Shown here piece by piece: positions 12,477 through 22,705 of a DNA stretch of 64,000 nt (positions within the stretch are counted from its first letter, which is position 1; each line of letters starts with the position of its first letter). Source of the stretch: Gammaproteobacteria bacterium (GTDB taxonomy: Bacteria; Pseudomonadota; Gammaproteobacteria; GCA-001735895). The position numbers and the translations under genes were made by a program. Under the pieces are notes generated by a model. That model was not told the DNA's origin and did no database searches. It saw nothing but the letters and a program-made list of their open reading frames with translations. The DNA lies in contig JBNKDE010000010.1 in the NCBI GenBank assembly GCA_050288105.1, positions 130,375 through 194,374 of the forward strand, given 5' to 3'.

Positions 12477-13505
12477 TTAGCCCCAGCATTTCTCCAGGCC
12501 CTGGCTTGAGTTAATTGAAGGAATACCCTCAACCGGTTGATCTGTTACCAGTTCAACACCGGTATTAAAGAAATCGAGACCCGGAGTGGGTTCTGGCTTC
12601 ACCCCTTTCTCAGCCCAGGCTTTTATCGCTTCGATGCCTTTGGATGCCATAAGCAGAGGGAACTGCATGGATGTGGCACCTATAATGCCCGCTTTGATAT
12701 TTTTAACGCCAGGGCACCCGCCATCCACCGACACGATGAGCGCATCCTTTTCCTTTCCGAATGAACGTAATGCTTCATAAGCACCGGCAGCGGCAGGCTC
12801 ATTAATGGTGTAAACCAGGTTGATATCGGGGTCCAGCTGCAACAGGTTTTCCATCGCCTTACGCCCACCCTCTTCGTTACCGTTAGTGACATCATTGCCG
12901 ACAATGCGCGGATCTGTCTCATCTCCCAGACGCTTAGGATCTTTGATATCGATACCAAACCCCTGCAGAAAACCATTATCGCGTAGATAATCAACTGAAA
13001 CCTGAGACGGATTCAGGTCCAGCAGAGCAATTTTAGCCGATGCGGCTTTTGCGCCCATCTTTGCCTTTGCCCAGCGACCAATTAACACGCCTGCATTAAA
13101 ATTATCTGTAGCAAAGGTCGCATCTGCGGTACTGGCAGGTTCGAATGGAGTATCTAGCGCAATCACCAGCAATCCAGCCTCTCGCGCCTGATTCACAACA
13201 GGCGCCAGCGCTGAAGAATCTGATGGTGTAATCAGAATACCTTTTGCCCCTGAAGCAATACAGGTTTCCACCGCAGAAACCTGAGTTTCGACATCGCCGT
13301 CAATCTTACCGGCAAAGGTCTGTAAAGAAATGCCATGCGCTTTCGCACCCGCCTGAGCCCCTTCTTTCATTTTGACAAAAAATGGATTGGTGTCGGTCTT
13401 GGTGATTAGACAGGCACCGATATCTGCCGCCATGATCGCGCTGGATGCCAACAGGGCTAAACCTGAAACCGCTAGCGACTGGTAAAGTTTTGAATGTGTT
13501 TTCAT
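12477..13505 (-). CDS. Sugar ABC transporter periplasmic substrate-binding protein (FrcB-like)
   Basis: 342 aa with an N-terminal signal peptide and a periplasmic-binding-protein type I fold. Confidence 0.85.
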   Translation of the reverse strand: MKTHSKLYQSLAVSGLALLASSAIMAADIGACLITKTDTNPFFVKMKEGAQAGAKAHGISLQTFAGKIDGDVETQVSAVETCIASGAKGILITPSDSSALAPVVNQAREAGLLVIALDTPFEPASTADATFATDNFNAGVLIGRWAKAKMGAKAASAKIALLDLNPSQVSVDYLRDNGFLQGFGIDIKDPKRLGDETDPRIVGNDVTNGNEEGGRKAMENLLQLDPDINLVYTINEPAAAGAYEALRSFGKEKDALIVSVDGGCPGVKNIKAGIIGATSMQFPLLMASKGIEAIKAWAEKGVKPEPTPGLDFFNTGVELVTDQPVEGIPSINSSQGLEKCWG

Positions 13506-13771
13506 GCGTCTCTCCCGAATTGTTCGTCTTTTTGTATCTGTTTGTTAAAGCGCCAACTGAAACCAGGAAATCGACTCCTTAGCGCCGTTAGCGCTTATAA
13601 AACCACAGGCGATCCGCCTTTGTCAATTAATAAATCATTTATATTTATTTATTATCCAAAACCCAAACCAGCACTTCATATAATTATTAATTCATTTATA
13701 GTTATTAATTGACATATGGACCATACAATCATAAGGTAATCAAACAAAATCAATTACCCGATCATTAATCA

Positions 13772-14986
13772 ATGAACCAGAAATTAAATTTAGCCGCAAC
13801 CAGCCGCCTCAACATGGGTACTAATCAGAGTGGCATGCGAGCTTACAATGAGCGTCTGGTGCTCACCCTGATACGTAGAAATGGCGCGTTACCCAAGTCG
13901 GATATTGCACGCATGACCGGGCTGTCCGCACAAACCGCCTCGGTTATTATGCGCAATCTGGAAAAGGATGGATTACTCAAGCGTGGCAAACCGACACGTA
14001 TCCAGGGCAAGGTTGGACAACCTTCTGTTCCCATGTCACTGGCAGCGCATGGCGCTTTATTCTTTGGCCTCAAAATCGGCAGGCGGCGTAGCGACCTGGT
14101 ATTGATCGATTTTCTCGGCAACATTATCGATATCTCCCATCTGCAGTACGGCTATCCAACCCCGGAAAACATCGTAACGTTCGTCAAGAATGCGCTCGAT
14201 GAAATCAGCGCAAAGTTGAGTGCCAGACAGCGCGACCGAATTTCTGGTATGGGTATAGGCATCCCGTTCCAGCTGTGGAACTGGCCCGAGCTCATCGGCA
14301 CCTCACAGCTCGAGATGGACAGCTGGCGCGTGGTCGATATCCAGAACCTGATCGCAGATCACTGTGATTTTCCGGTTTATATGCAAAACGACGTGTCAGC
14401 CGCCTGCGCTGCCGAGCTGGTACTGGGCCACAGCGAGCTGCCACAGAACTTCCTGTATTTTCACATCGGCTATTTTATTGGTGGCGGCGTCGTACTGAAT
14501 GGCAGCCTGTTTACCGGCCCTGGTGGGAATGCTGGCGCTCTTGGATCCATGCCGATTCCTGTTGCAGGAGGCCATACGGGGCAGTTGATCGATGTGGCTT
14601 CGGTAGCAGTTCTTGAAAAGGCTATCGACCAGGCCGGAGGTGATTCGACGCGTTTGTGGTCCGATGACGAAAACTGGGATATTGAGCCTGCCCTGCTCGA
14701 GAACTGGATGCATCAATCCACCCAGGGGATCGTTCATGCCATTACTGCAGCCAGCTCAGTGATCGATTTTGAAGCCTGCGTCATCGATGGATCTTTACCC
14801 ACCCCTATACGATCCAGCATCGTCAGCCGGATCAGGCATCAATTACTGGAGATGCACATTCCCGGGATCCAGATTCCAGATATCTTTGAAGGTAGTATCG
14901 GAAAAAATGCACGCGCTTTAGGCGCGGCAAGCCTGCCACTAAGCGAACGCTTCCTGGTTGATCAGAACGCGTTCCTCAGGCAGTAA
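13772..14986 (+). CDS. ROK-family transcriptional regulator (FrcR-like), divergent from the ABC transporter
   Basis: N-terminal wHTH (RMTGLSAQTASVIMRNLEKDGLL) plus a ROK sugar-kinase-like domain. Confidence 0.85.
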   Translation: MNQKLNLAATSRLNMGTNQSGMRAYNERLVLTLIRRNGALPKSDIARMTGLSAQTASVIMRNLEKDGLLKRGKPTRIQGKVGQPSVPMSLAAHGALFFGLKIGRRRSDLVLIDFLGNIIDISHLQYGYPTPENIVTFVKNALDEISAKLSARQRDRISGMGIGIPFQLWNWPELIGTSQLEMDSWRVVDIQNLIADHCDFPVYMQNDVSAACAAELVLGHSELPQNFLYFHIGYFIGGGVVLNGSLFTGPGGNAGALGSMPIPVAGGHTGQLIDVASVAVLEKAIDQAGGDSTRLWSDDENWDIEPALLENWMHQSTQGIVHAITAASSVIDFEACVIDGSLPTPIRSSIVSRIRHQLLEMHIPGIQIPDIFEGSIGKNARALGAASLPLSERFLVDQNAFLRQ

Positions 14987-14988
14987 AG

Positions 14989-15459
14989 CTAGCTTGCCTT
15001 ACGCAGACTGTCGTGCTGGTCGGCAGCCACACGATCAAGATACTCCTGACGCATATGCTGCTGGCTGATAACAGCGTGAGGATTCTCTTCATCGAAGGCC
15101 CTGGCCCAGGCGCCTTCAGACCAGTGGGTTACCGCGACTAGCCAGTCACCATCCAGCTGTCGTGCCTGCTCGTAGGTTTGATCGAGAATTTCTTGCTCTG
15201 AACAATCAGCAATTTTCTTCGCAGATTTGAGCACCTTTTTAAGCGTTGACTCTCCATTGGTATTGATCTGCTTATACAGATCTGGTTGCACTGGACCAAA
15301 TTCCCAGGCTTCAAAACACGCTTCGAAGATTGGACTGTCATACAGTCCCAGATGGGTCATTTGAGCAACATACAGTAGCCGATAGAGCTCGAGGTCAGTG
15401 AGCGAATTGCCTGACTTTTCACACAGGTATCTAGCGGCTGTATAGACTGATACAGACAT
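14989..15459 (-). CDS. Panacea-domain (DUF4065) protein, SocA-like antitoxin homologue
   Basis: LTDLELYRLLYVAQMTHLGLYDSPIFEACFEAWEFGPVQPDLY matches the Panacea core (KLQKLLYYAQGW...AWxxGPVxPxLY). Confidence 0.7.
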   Translation of the reverse strand: MSVSVYTAARYLCEKSGNSLTDLELYRLLYVAQMTHLGLYDSPIFEACFEAWEFGPVQPDLYKQINTNGESTLKKVLKSAKKIADCSEQEILDQTYEQARQLDGDWLVAVTHWSEGAWARAFDEENPHAVISQQHMRQEYLDRVAADQHDSLRKAS

Positions 15460-15609
15460 ACTACTATCCTCCCGGTTTTTATGGTTTGAGCTGATATATT
15501 GACACAGGTCGTACGGATTTCTTCAATACCCTACGCATGGGTTTATACCAGCAACAGCAATTATTAAATCCATAACAATAAGCTGAACATGCGCGCTTGA
15601 TCTTTCGCT

Positions 15610-16311
15610 CTAAGCAATACCTGCATTAATGCGCAGGCCTTTCATGTCCAGTACGGTTATCTGGTTTTCCTGTACTTCGATAACGTTTTGGGTACAAAGC
15701 TCTTTCAGTAATCGGGAAAAAGTTTCCGGCTGTAGCGAGAGTATCGATGCGATGGTATTTTTAGGAATCTCTAAGGAAAACTCCCGGCCTTTATTTAATG
15801 CCTGATCCAGAAAATAAGTCGCGAGTCGATTACGACCGGTCATCAGACTGAGGTTCTCGATTTCGTTTATCAGGCTGTGCAGACGTTTGCTCAGGTCAGT
15901 CATAATCATACGCGAGGCATCAAACGATTCACTCAATACCTGCCGATAATGCCGGTTACTGATTTCCACCAGAGTGGTATCCTGCAAAGCGGCTGCACTG
16001 ACCGGATAACTGGCCTGATCACTAAACATAAGCGCCTCAGCAAACACAGATCCAGCTGACTCCAGCTCGAACACCTTTTCATGACCTTCTATCGAATGCC
16101 TGTATAACTTGATCATGCCCTCGTGCACAAAATAAAAATAATGCACTTCGCTCCCCTGATTAAATAAAACCTCTCCTTTTTTAAGGGTTAATTCTTTGCT
16201 GTGCTGATAGATAAAATTAAATTGTTCATCAGTAAAATGGCTAAACAAAATATTCTGGCGCAGTGCAGCGCGGTTGCCAGGATTCTCTGAAGCGGCTGAT
16301 CTGTTACTCAT
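15610..16311 (-). CDS. Crp/Fnr-family transcriptional regulator
   Basis: A cNMP-binding beta-barrel followed by a C-terminal HTH (TIASILSLQPETFSRLLKEL). Confidence 0.85.
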   Translation of the reverse strand: MSNRSAASENPGNRAALRQNILFSHFTDEQFNFIYQHSKELTLKKGEVLFNQGSEVHYFYFVHEGMIKLYRHSIEGHEKVFELESAGSVFAEALMFSDQASYPVSAAALQDTTLVEISNRHYRQVLSESFDASRMIMTDLSKRLHSLINEIENLSLMTGRNRLATYFLDQALNKGREFSLEIPKNTIASILSLQPETFSRLLKELCTQNVIEVQENQITVLDMKGLRINAGIA

Positions 16312-16673
16312 TATGCCTCCTTAATAGTTATCTTTATTGTAATTTTGAGGAAAATATTCACGAGCGTGGGACCAGCTTATTTTTTCAATCACCTGGTCTA
16401 CCGCTGTTCCTGGCACTTACCTTCGATACCGAGTCAGCCTTGCCCGATCGCGATAATCGCCACCATATCATAGATCAGGCAGCGCTGGGCAAACAGGTAT
16501 AGAAAACCAAAGCTGCATAGGATGCCGCACTATCTCCCTCGGCTCTATTTACAGTTAACGCTGTAAAACATGCCCCAAATAGTGCCTGCGAAAATAGCTG
16601 TTGACGCAACAGACTGATCGATCAATCTAGTGTATTAAGCATTGCTCACGGGCATCAATCGATTTTAAAACTT

Positions 16674-16730
16674 TAATATCGGAATTTTGAATACCGATGT
16701 CCAATATATATCGTTTGAGTAATATTAAAC
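16674..16730 (+). promoter_or_regulatory. Copy A of a duplicated promoter/operator-like motif upstream of the CBS/VOC genes
   Basis: ttaatatcgga-N10-ccgatg-tccaatatatatcgtttg...tattaa. Shares an 11-mer, a 6-mer and a 19-mer (1 mismatch), in the same order, with copy B at 28089-28150. Confidence 0.5.
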
Positions 16731-16801
16731 CGACTCCTATAGTGAGCTAGAGTTAAAAATCCTGATGCTTTATTGAGCGTTATGGATGAGAGGCAAACCT
16801 T

Positions 16802-17416
16802 ATGAGCATCTATAAACCGCTATCGCTTGAGGCTGAAGACTTTGAAAATGCAATGCGAGAACAGAGGAATGTTGCAGACTTTTGCTCGGTCAGGGATTTG
16901 ATGGAAATCCAGCAAAGCGCGCAAAAATATGCTCGCCTGCGCATGGTGGCAAGTACTTTGGTGAAGGAAGTCATGACGCAACCTGCCATCACCCTAAAAC
17001 CCGATGAGACTCTCGCAACAGCAGCAGATATTTTTATCAGCCAAAAAATCAGCGGTATACCGATTGTTGACGAAGAAAACAAACTGACTGGCATCATCAC
17101 CGAGGCAGATTTTCTACGCGTTCTGGGTATTCCTGCTCATCATTCCGGGCATAGTCTGTGGCAGACACTGGAAGACCTGTTCAGCCATCCCATTCCACTC
17201 AATGAGCCAGCGGGTGTCGTGAAGGATTTAATGGTTACCCAGGTGTTTACGGTGACACCGGAACAAACCATACAGCAGTCTATAGACGTCATGAAAGAAA
17301 ACCGCATCAAACGCCTGGTCGTAACCAACGATCAACGTCTTGTCGTCGGGATGCTGACGCGTTCCAATTTATTACATCTATTCCTCAACCATTTTAAGAT
17401 CTCAAACCCGTCGTAG
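16802..17416 (+). CDS. CBS-pair domain protein
   Basis: Two CBS motifs (VKEVMTQPAITLKPDETL...GIPIVDEENKLTGIIT and VKDLMVTQVFTV...KRLVVTNDQRLVVGMLT). Confidence 0.8.
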   Translation: MSIYKPLSLEAEDFENAMREQRNVADFCSVRDLMEIQQSAQKYARLRMVASTLVKEVMTQPAITLKPDETLATAADIFISQKISGIPIVDEENKLTGIITEADFLRVLGIPAHHSGHSLWQTLEDLFSHPIPLNEPAGVVKDLMVTQVFTVTPEQTIQQSIDVMKENRIKRLVVTNDQRLVVGMLTRSNLLHLFLNHFKISNPS

Positions 17417-17476
17417 TTAGCATAATTCTGTGCAGGGGAACTGCGTTACCTTTAGCGACGATCTGATAGCGGATCA

Positions 17477-17842
17477 ATGATTAATTTCAATTCTACTAAT
17501 ACGATACTGTACTGTAAGCACTGGCAAGCCATGGTCGATTTCTATCAAACCCGACTGCAGCTTAAAGTGGAATCTGCCAGAGACTGGTTTATTGAGTTTA
17601 AACTGACTCGATCTGCCAGGCTTAGTATTGCAGACGAGTCGAGAGCTTCAATTAAGAGTAGCCAGGGTGGCGGTATTACCCTCACATTTGAAGTAAGCGA
17701 TTTAACCGAAACCCATCGCTTGTTGCAGGACCTGGGGCTCCATCCACTTCCAGTTGCGGACCACTCCTGGGGTGCCCGGGTATTCTATCTATTTGATCCC
17801 GAAGGCAACCGACTAGAATTCTGGTCCACTAGTTCAGGTTAA
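17477..17842 (+). CDS. VOC / glyoxalase-bleomycin-resistance family protein
   Basis: 121 aa ending in FDPEGNRLEF, which is typical of glyoxalase-like VOC proteins. Confidence 0.75.
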   Translation: MINFNSTNTILYCKHWQAMVDFYQTRLQLKVESARDWFIEFKLTRSARLSIADESRASIKSSQGGGITLTFEVSDLTETHRLLQDLGLHPLPVADHSWGARVFYLFDPEGNRLEFWSTSSG

Positions 17843-17920
17843 AATGACTATTGAGGATGGACCTGCTGCTGAGCGCTGATTGATCACTGGCAGCTTGCCA
17901 TCGGCTCATTGATAATTTCA

Positions 17921-18577
17921 TCATCCCTGCTGCGGCGTACCGTCGCGACGATTCAGAATAATATCGAAACGGGCCTGCAGTTGCGCTCCCTTGAAATCAC
18001 TGGTATTGAATGCTGCCGTCACCAGCTCTCGCTTGTCATAGGGTATACTGTTGTACAGATAATCGGTTTCATTGTGCGGATCACCCGCTACATAAAGCTG
18101 GGTAACAAACGGCTCTTCCCCAGCAGCAAATACCGCGACATGGATATGCGGCGTACGCCCGGGATACTTAACAGGCTGGATGGTACGGAAGCGATACTCA
18201 CCCTGTTGACTGGTCAGGGTATGACCATGGCCCTGGAATCCGGGATCTACTGGCCTGCGACTATTTTCGCGCGGATGGCGATAACGCCCGTTGGCATCGC
18301 ATTGCCAGATTTCAATACGTAGACCGGAAAGCGGCTTGCCATTGATATCGATGACACGCCCGCTTATATCGCTGATACGCCCCTGTGCCGGCGACGACTG
18401 GCCCTGCACCCGCGTTAGATCATTATCATCATCCAGTGGTAACTGTAGCGGATAGAATGGACCAGCGGTCTGCCTGGGGGTGGGTATCAATGCCCTTGCT
18501 GTGGCACTGCCGGTTAAGGCCGCCAGGCTGCCTAATCCCAGCATTAGGCGTCGTCTATGCAGATTCATCGAAATCAC
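17921..18577 (-). CDS. Tat-secreted intradiol ring-cleavage dioxygenase-like protein
   Basis: Twin-arginine signal (RRRLMLGLG), the TAGPFYP motif and RIEIWQCDANGRY, as in protocatechuate 3,4-dioxygenase beta-type folds. Confidence 0.7.
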   Translation of the reverse strand: MISMNLHRRRLMLGLGSLAALTGSATARALIPTPRQTAGPFYPLQLPLDDDNDLTRVQGQSSPAQGRISDISGRVIDINGKPLSGLRIEIWQCDANGRYRHPRENSRRPVDPGFQGHGHTLTSQQGEYRFRTIQPVKYPGRTPHIHVAVFAAGEEPFVTQLYVAGDPHNETDYLYNSIPYDKRELVTAAFNTSDFKGAQLQARFDIILNRRDGTPQQG

Positions 18578-18732
18578 CTCGTCGGTTGCAGGGCGTTAGC
18601 GCTGGTAATTTCGACTCGTGTTGCTGGTTACAGTTCCGGTCGAGTCTGTATCAGGAATTGTCAGGACAGCTTAATGATCAAGTTTTGCGTGTACCGTACC
18701 GTTAAATTCTACCGCCAGCTTAGCAGCGCTGT

Positions 18733-19122
18733 TCACCACTCCCTTGCTTCCAGTCTGGCTTTGCCGGTTTGCTGGAGTGCGTGTAGAAAACGCTGCATTT
18801 CGCTACTCGGCACCTCACAGCTGGCGACAATGTCCCCATTCACAGGCCGACGATAACGTATGCCCGCTTCAGCCATGACCAGCGATGCGCCTTCAGGCAA
18901 TCTCGAGGTAACGAGCCCCCATGCCGCCAGTGTGCAAACCGAAAAAAGTGAGCCCGCAAAAGCGGTTCCATGCACATTGATATTTTGCTCCGCTGTAGCG
19001 CTAACCTGAATCGAGTTTTTTAGTAGCTGGATAACGCGAAAGTCCATTTGTGCTGATAGCGGTATTCCCTGTCGAATCTGTTGCTCAAGTTGTTGAGGGG
19101 TCATGCTGTATATCCGGCTCAT
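18733..19122 (-). CDS. Hotdog-fold thioesterase-like protein (YiiD C-terminal-like)
   Basis: 129 aa. Its start overlaps the matB stop, consistent with co-transcription. Confidence 0.6.
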   Translation of the reverse strand: MSRIYSMTPQQLEQQIRQGIPLSAQMDFRVIQLLKNSIQVSATAEQNINVHGTAFAGSLFSVCTLAAWGLVTSRLPEGASLVMAEAGIRYRRPVNGDIVASCEVPSSEMQRFLHALQQTGKARLEAREW

Positions 19123-20645
19123 GTCTGAAAAGAATCTTTATAGGTTTCACGCAATTGCGCCTTCTGCACCTTGCCCATGGTATTGCGCGGCAATTCGTCT
19201 ACCAGAAATACACGCCGGGGTTGCTTAAAACGCGCGAGCTTATCCTGCAGCGGCTGGATAATATCTTCTTCTACAAGTTTACGACTACCATCCGGTACCA
19301 CTACTGCAGCAACGCCTTCCCCAAAGTCTGGGTGCGGTAATCCGATCACTGCCGATTCACGTACCCCTGCAATATCATCGATCTCGACCTCAATTTCCTT
19401 TGGATAGATATTGTAACCGCCGGAAATAATCAAATCCTTGGCTCGCCCGACAATACTGATACGCCCGCTGTCATCCATAGTCGCCATATCTCCGGTAATA
19501 AACCAGCCGTCAGGGCGAAACTCAGCGGCGGTTTTCTCCGGCATGCGCCAATACCCCTTGAACACATTTGGGCCAGTCATTTCCAGTACACCAGTTTCCC
19601 CATGCGCTATCTCGCATCCCTGATCATCTGCAATACGCAGCTGTATACCGGGCAGCGCGAAACCCACACTACCAGCAACGCGCTCTCCATCATAAGGGTT
19701 GGACGTAATCATACCTGTCTCAGTCATACCATAACGCTCCAGGATGCGGTGCCCGGTACGCGCTTCAAATTCTCGGTGCGTTTCCGCTAGCAGCGGCGCT
19801 GACCCGGCAATAAACAAACGCATTCTGGTGCAGGCTTCGGCATTAAAATCCGCGTTGTCCAGCAATCGGGTATAAAACGTCGGCACGCCCATCATCACAC
19901 TGGACTCTGGCAACAAAGCGATCACCTGTTCAATATTAAAACGTGGAAGAAAATGCACCGGTGATGCCCCCAGCAATGCACAATGCAACGCGACGAATAA
20001 GCCATGCACATGAAAGATAGGCAGTGCATGTAGCAACACATCGCTGTCGTCCTGCCATTGCCAGTACTCATGTAATACCTCGGCATTCGATTGCAGATTG
20101 GCATGGCTGAGCATGGCACCCTTGGATCGCCCGGTGGTGCCCGAGGTATACAGAATGGCTGCTAAATCATCGGCTTCGCGCACAACGACCGGTGGATTCG
20201 GATCAGCCGATTGCAGATCCTGTATCAGACTGCCTGTACCATCGATATCCAGTGTCAGCACATGAGGTACTGCCACACGCTCGGCAACCTGCTGTAACTT
20301 ACCCAATGTTTGCGGCTGGCACACGAATACGCGCGGCTCGGCATCGCTCATAAAATATTCCACTTCAGTCGCCGTATAGGCTGTATTCAACGGGATATAG
20401 ATCGCACCCGCGCGTAAACAGGCGAGATAGAGCAGCACCGCTTCAGCTGATTTATCAACCTGTACCATTACACGATCACCTGCCTCAACGCCCAGCGCCT
20501 GCAACCGGCTCTGCAACCTTCCGCACTCCGCATCCAGCGCCGCATACATCAAGGGCGGCCGCCCCGTCGTCATCAGGAATGGCCGCTCAGCGGCATGCTG
20601 GAAACGATCTCCGGAGAGGCGTAGGTATAGGTTCTGGTTGGTCAT
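19119..20645 (-). CDS. matB: Malonyl-CoA synthetase (AMP-dependent ligase)
   Basis: VQVDKSAEAVLLYLACLRAGAIYIPLNTAYT and the AMP-binding motif YTSGTTGRSKG, closely resembling rhizobial MatB. Confidence 0.85.
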   Translation of the reverse strand: MTNQNLYLRLSGDRFQHAAERPFLMTTGRPPLMYAALDAECGRLQSRLQALGVEAGDRVMVQVDKSAEAVLLYLACLRAGAIYIPLNTAYTATEVEYFMSDAEPRVFVCQPQTLGKLQQVAERVAVPHVLTLDIDGTGSLIQDLQSADPNPPVVVREADDLAAILYTSGTTGRSKGAMLSHANLQSNAEVLHEYWQWQDDSDVLLHALPIFHVHGLFVALHCALLGASPVHFLPRFNIEQVIALLPESSVMMGVPTFYTRLLDNADFNAEACTRMRLFIAGSAPLLAETHREFEARTGHRILERYGMTETGMITSNPYDGERVAGSVGFALPGIQLRIADDQGCEIAHGETGVLEMTGPNVFKGYWRMPEKTAAEFRPDGWFITGDMATMDDSGRISIVGRAKDLIISGGYNIYPKEIEVEIDDIAGVRESAVIGLPHPDFGEGVAAVVVPDGSRKLVEEDIIQPLQDKLARFKQPRRVFLVDELPRNTMGKVQKAQLRETYKDSFQT

Positions 20646-20845
20646 ATCAGCTTCTCTTTTATGCGTCAGGGCACAGACTCAGTTTAATGCAAGAATTCAC
20701 AACTGCCTGCCATCTGTGTGAACAGGCGCAATAGAATGAGGGCGTTTTGTCGAGTTTCATAGTAGTCATAAACGACGTTTCAATTCAGGTTAACAGCACT
20801 GATTAGCAGGCTAACCTTGACAGCTGTAATTATGAATTATAAATT

Positions 20846-21568
20846 ATGGATTATATATTAAGCGCTATCAATGCTAATTTCACACTTCGGAGTTCGGCTA
20901 CCAGGTCCAGCATCATGATTTCTCCTCTAGAGCAAAGACCCTTATATCTCGAAGTAGCGGAGCGCGTACGCGAGTTAATTTATCGCGAGCAACTGCGCCC
21001 TGGTGATGCGATCGACGAAATCGACCTGTGCAAAAAACTCGGTATCAGCCGCACACCTTTGCGCGAAGCGCTCAAAGTTCTGCATGCAGAAAACCTGGTG
21101 GAACTGGTATCACGTAAGGGCTGCCGAGTTAAACAGCTGGGTGAAGACGAGCTGATGGAATTGTTCCCCGTGATGGCAAGCCTGGAAGGTCTATGCGCCA
21201 ATATGGCGACACAGAAGCTCAGGCCAGCTGATCTCAAGCTACTGGAAAAGTTACATGCCCAACTGGAAACCTATGCTGAAAAAGGCAATGTAGATCGCTA
21301 CTATGAAGTAAACCGAGAGTTTCATCGCGCAATACAGGACATGGCAGGTAATCGTTGGCTGCATCGCATCAGCGAAGAACTACGCAATGTACTGGGACTG
21401 GCGCGTCACCGTCAGCTCACCAAACCTGGTCGTTTACAGGAATCCCTGCAGGAGCACCGCCAGATTATGCAGGCCATTCGTGCAGGAGATGCGGAGGCGG
21501 CCGCTTCATCCATGCACTTTCACCTGTGCAGTCAGCAACAGGCATTGAATGAAGTTGATGGAGAGTAA
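20846..21568 (+). CDS. GntR-family (FadR/FCD subfamily) transcriptional regulator, MatR-like
   Basis: N-terminal GntR HTH plus a C-terminal FCD domain. Divergent from matB and upstream of the TRAP genes. The real start is probably M24 (about 20915). Confidence 0.8.
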   Translation: MDYILSAINANFTLRSSATRSSIMISPLEQRPLYLEVAERVRELIYREQLRPGDAIDEIDLCKKLGISRTPLREALKVLHAENLVELVSRKGCRVKQLGEDELMELFPVMASLEGLCANMATQKLRPADLKLLEKLHAQLETYAEKGNVDRYYEVNREFHRAIQDMAGNRWLHRISEELRNVLGLARHRQLTKPGRLQESLQEHRQIMQAIRAGDAEAAASSMHFHLCSQQQALNEVDGE

Positions 21569-21642
21569 AAGCCCGGCGGTATTTAAAGCACCATGAGTAG
21601 CTCACTACTCACATAAACATAATCATTAAAACAACATACGAC

Positions 21643-22671
21643 ATGAGGAAACCAGAAATGACTATTAGTAAAAAACTCAGTTCCACCCTGTTGGCGGCCA
21701 CAGTAGTCGCTGCAAGCAGCCTTGCAAACATCGGCGTTGCAAACGCGATTGACCTGAAAGCATCACATCAGTGGCCCGGTGGTAAAGGCGATATCCGCGA
21801 TGAAATGGTGCAAATGATTGCACGCCACATGGAAGCTAACAATACCGGTGTGAATATCAAGATTTACCCTGGTAAGAGCCTGTTCAAACCCAAGGAACAA
21901 TGGGGCGCGATGACCAAAGGTAAACTGGATATCACTGCTTTTCCTTTATCCTATGCCAGCGGTCGGCATCCTGAGTTCGATCTAACCCTGATGCCCGGAC
22001 TGGTTAAGAATCACGATCATGCAACCCGCCTGAACAGCTCTCCATTTATGCAGAAGATCAAGAAAATTATGGATGATGCCGGGGTGATGGTGCTCGCTGA
22101 CACCTGGCTGGCGGGTGGTTTTACTTCAAAAACAAAATGCATTCTGGAACCCGATGACGCAAAAGGTCAACGCGTTCGTGCCGCAGGTAAGGCATTCAAT
22201 CAAATGCTGGCAGCAGCTGGCGCAACCATCACATCTATGCCTTCCTCCGAAATTTATTCAGGTTTGCAAACTGGTGTACTGGATGGCGCCAACACTTCTT
22301 CATCTTCGCTGATCTCATACCGCATTTACGAGCAGGTAAGCTGCCTGACCGCCCCTGGTGCCAATGCATTGTGGGTGATGTATGAGCCTATCCTGATGTC
22401 TAAGAAAAGCTTTGCCAAATTAAGCCCAGCACAACAACTGGAATTAATGAAAGCAGCCGGTAAAGCAGAACAGTATGCGACGGAGCAGGCCAAGCTGGCT
22501 GACCAGAAACTGGTCGACACCTACAGGAAAGCAGGCGTAAAAGTGGTAGAGATGACTGCCGAGCAGGCTGCTATGTGGCGCAAGATTGCTGACACATCCA
22601 GCTACAAGGCTTTCGCCGATGACGTAAAAGGCGGGCGCGAGCTGCTGGACATGGCACTCTCTGTCGAATAG
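21643..22671 (+). CDS. TRAP transporter substrate-binding protein (DctP family, MatP-like)
   Basis: Signal peptide plus a DctP-type SBP fold. Confidence 0.85.
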   Translation: MRKPEMTISKKLSSTLLAATVVAASSLANIGVANAIDLKASHQWPGGKGDIRDEMVQMIARHMEANNTGVNIKIYPGKSLFKPKEQWGAMTKGKLDITAFPLSYASGRHPEFDLTLMPGLVKNHDHATRLNSSPFMQKIKKIMDDAGVMVLADTWLAGGFTSKTKCILEPDDAKGQRVRAAGKAFNQMLAAAGATITSMPSSEIYSGLQTGVLDGANTSSSSLISYRIYEQVSCLTAPGANALWVMYEPILMSKKSFAKLSPAQQLELMKAAGKAEQYATEQAKLADQKLVDTYRKAGVKVVEMTAEQAAMWRKIADTSSYKAFADDVKGGRELLDMALSVE

Positions 22672-22705
22672 TGACTCCAGAATACGCTCCACCTGCTGAC
22701 TGCAG

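Noticed and set aside
16312-16660. Possible Fnr/Crp box (tgatcgatca palindrome at about 16590) and the 79-aa ORF 16263-16502 upstream of the Crp/Fnr gene
   Set aside because: The palindrome has zero spacing between half-sites, unlike TTGAT-N4-ATCAA or TGTGA-N6-TCACA. The ORF overlaps the regulator start and has no RBS. Too weak to call.
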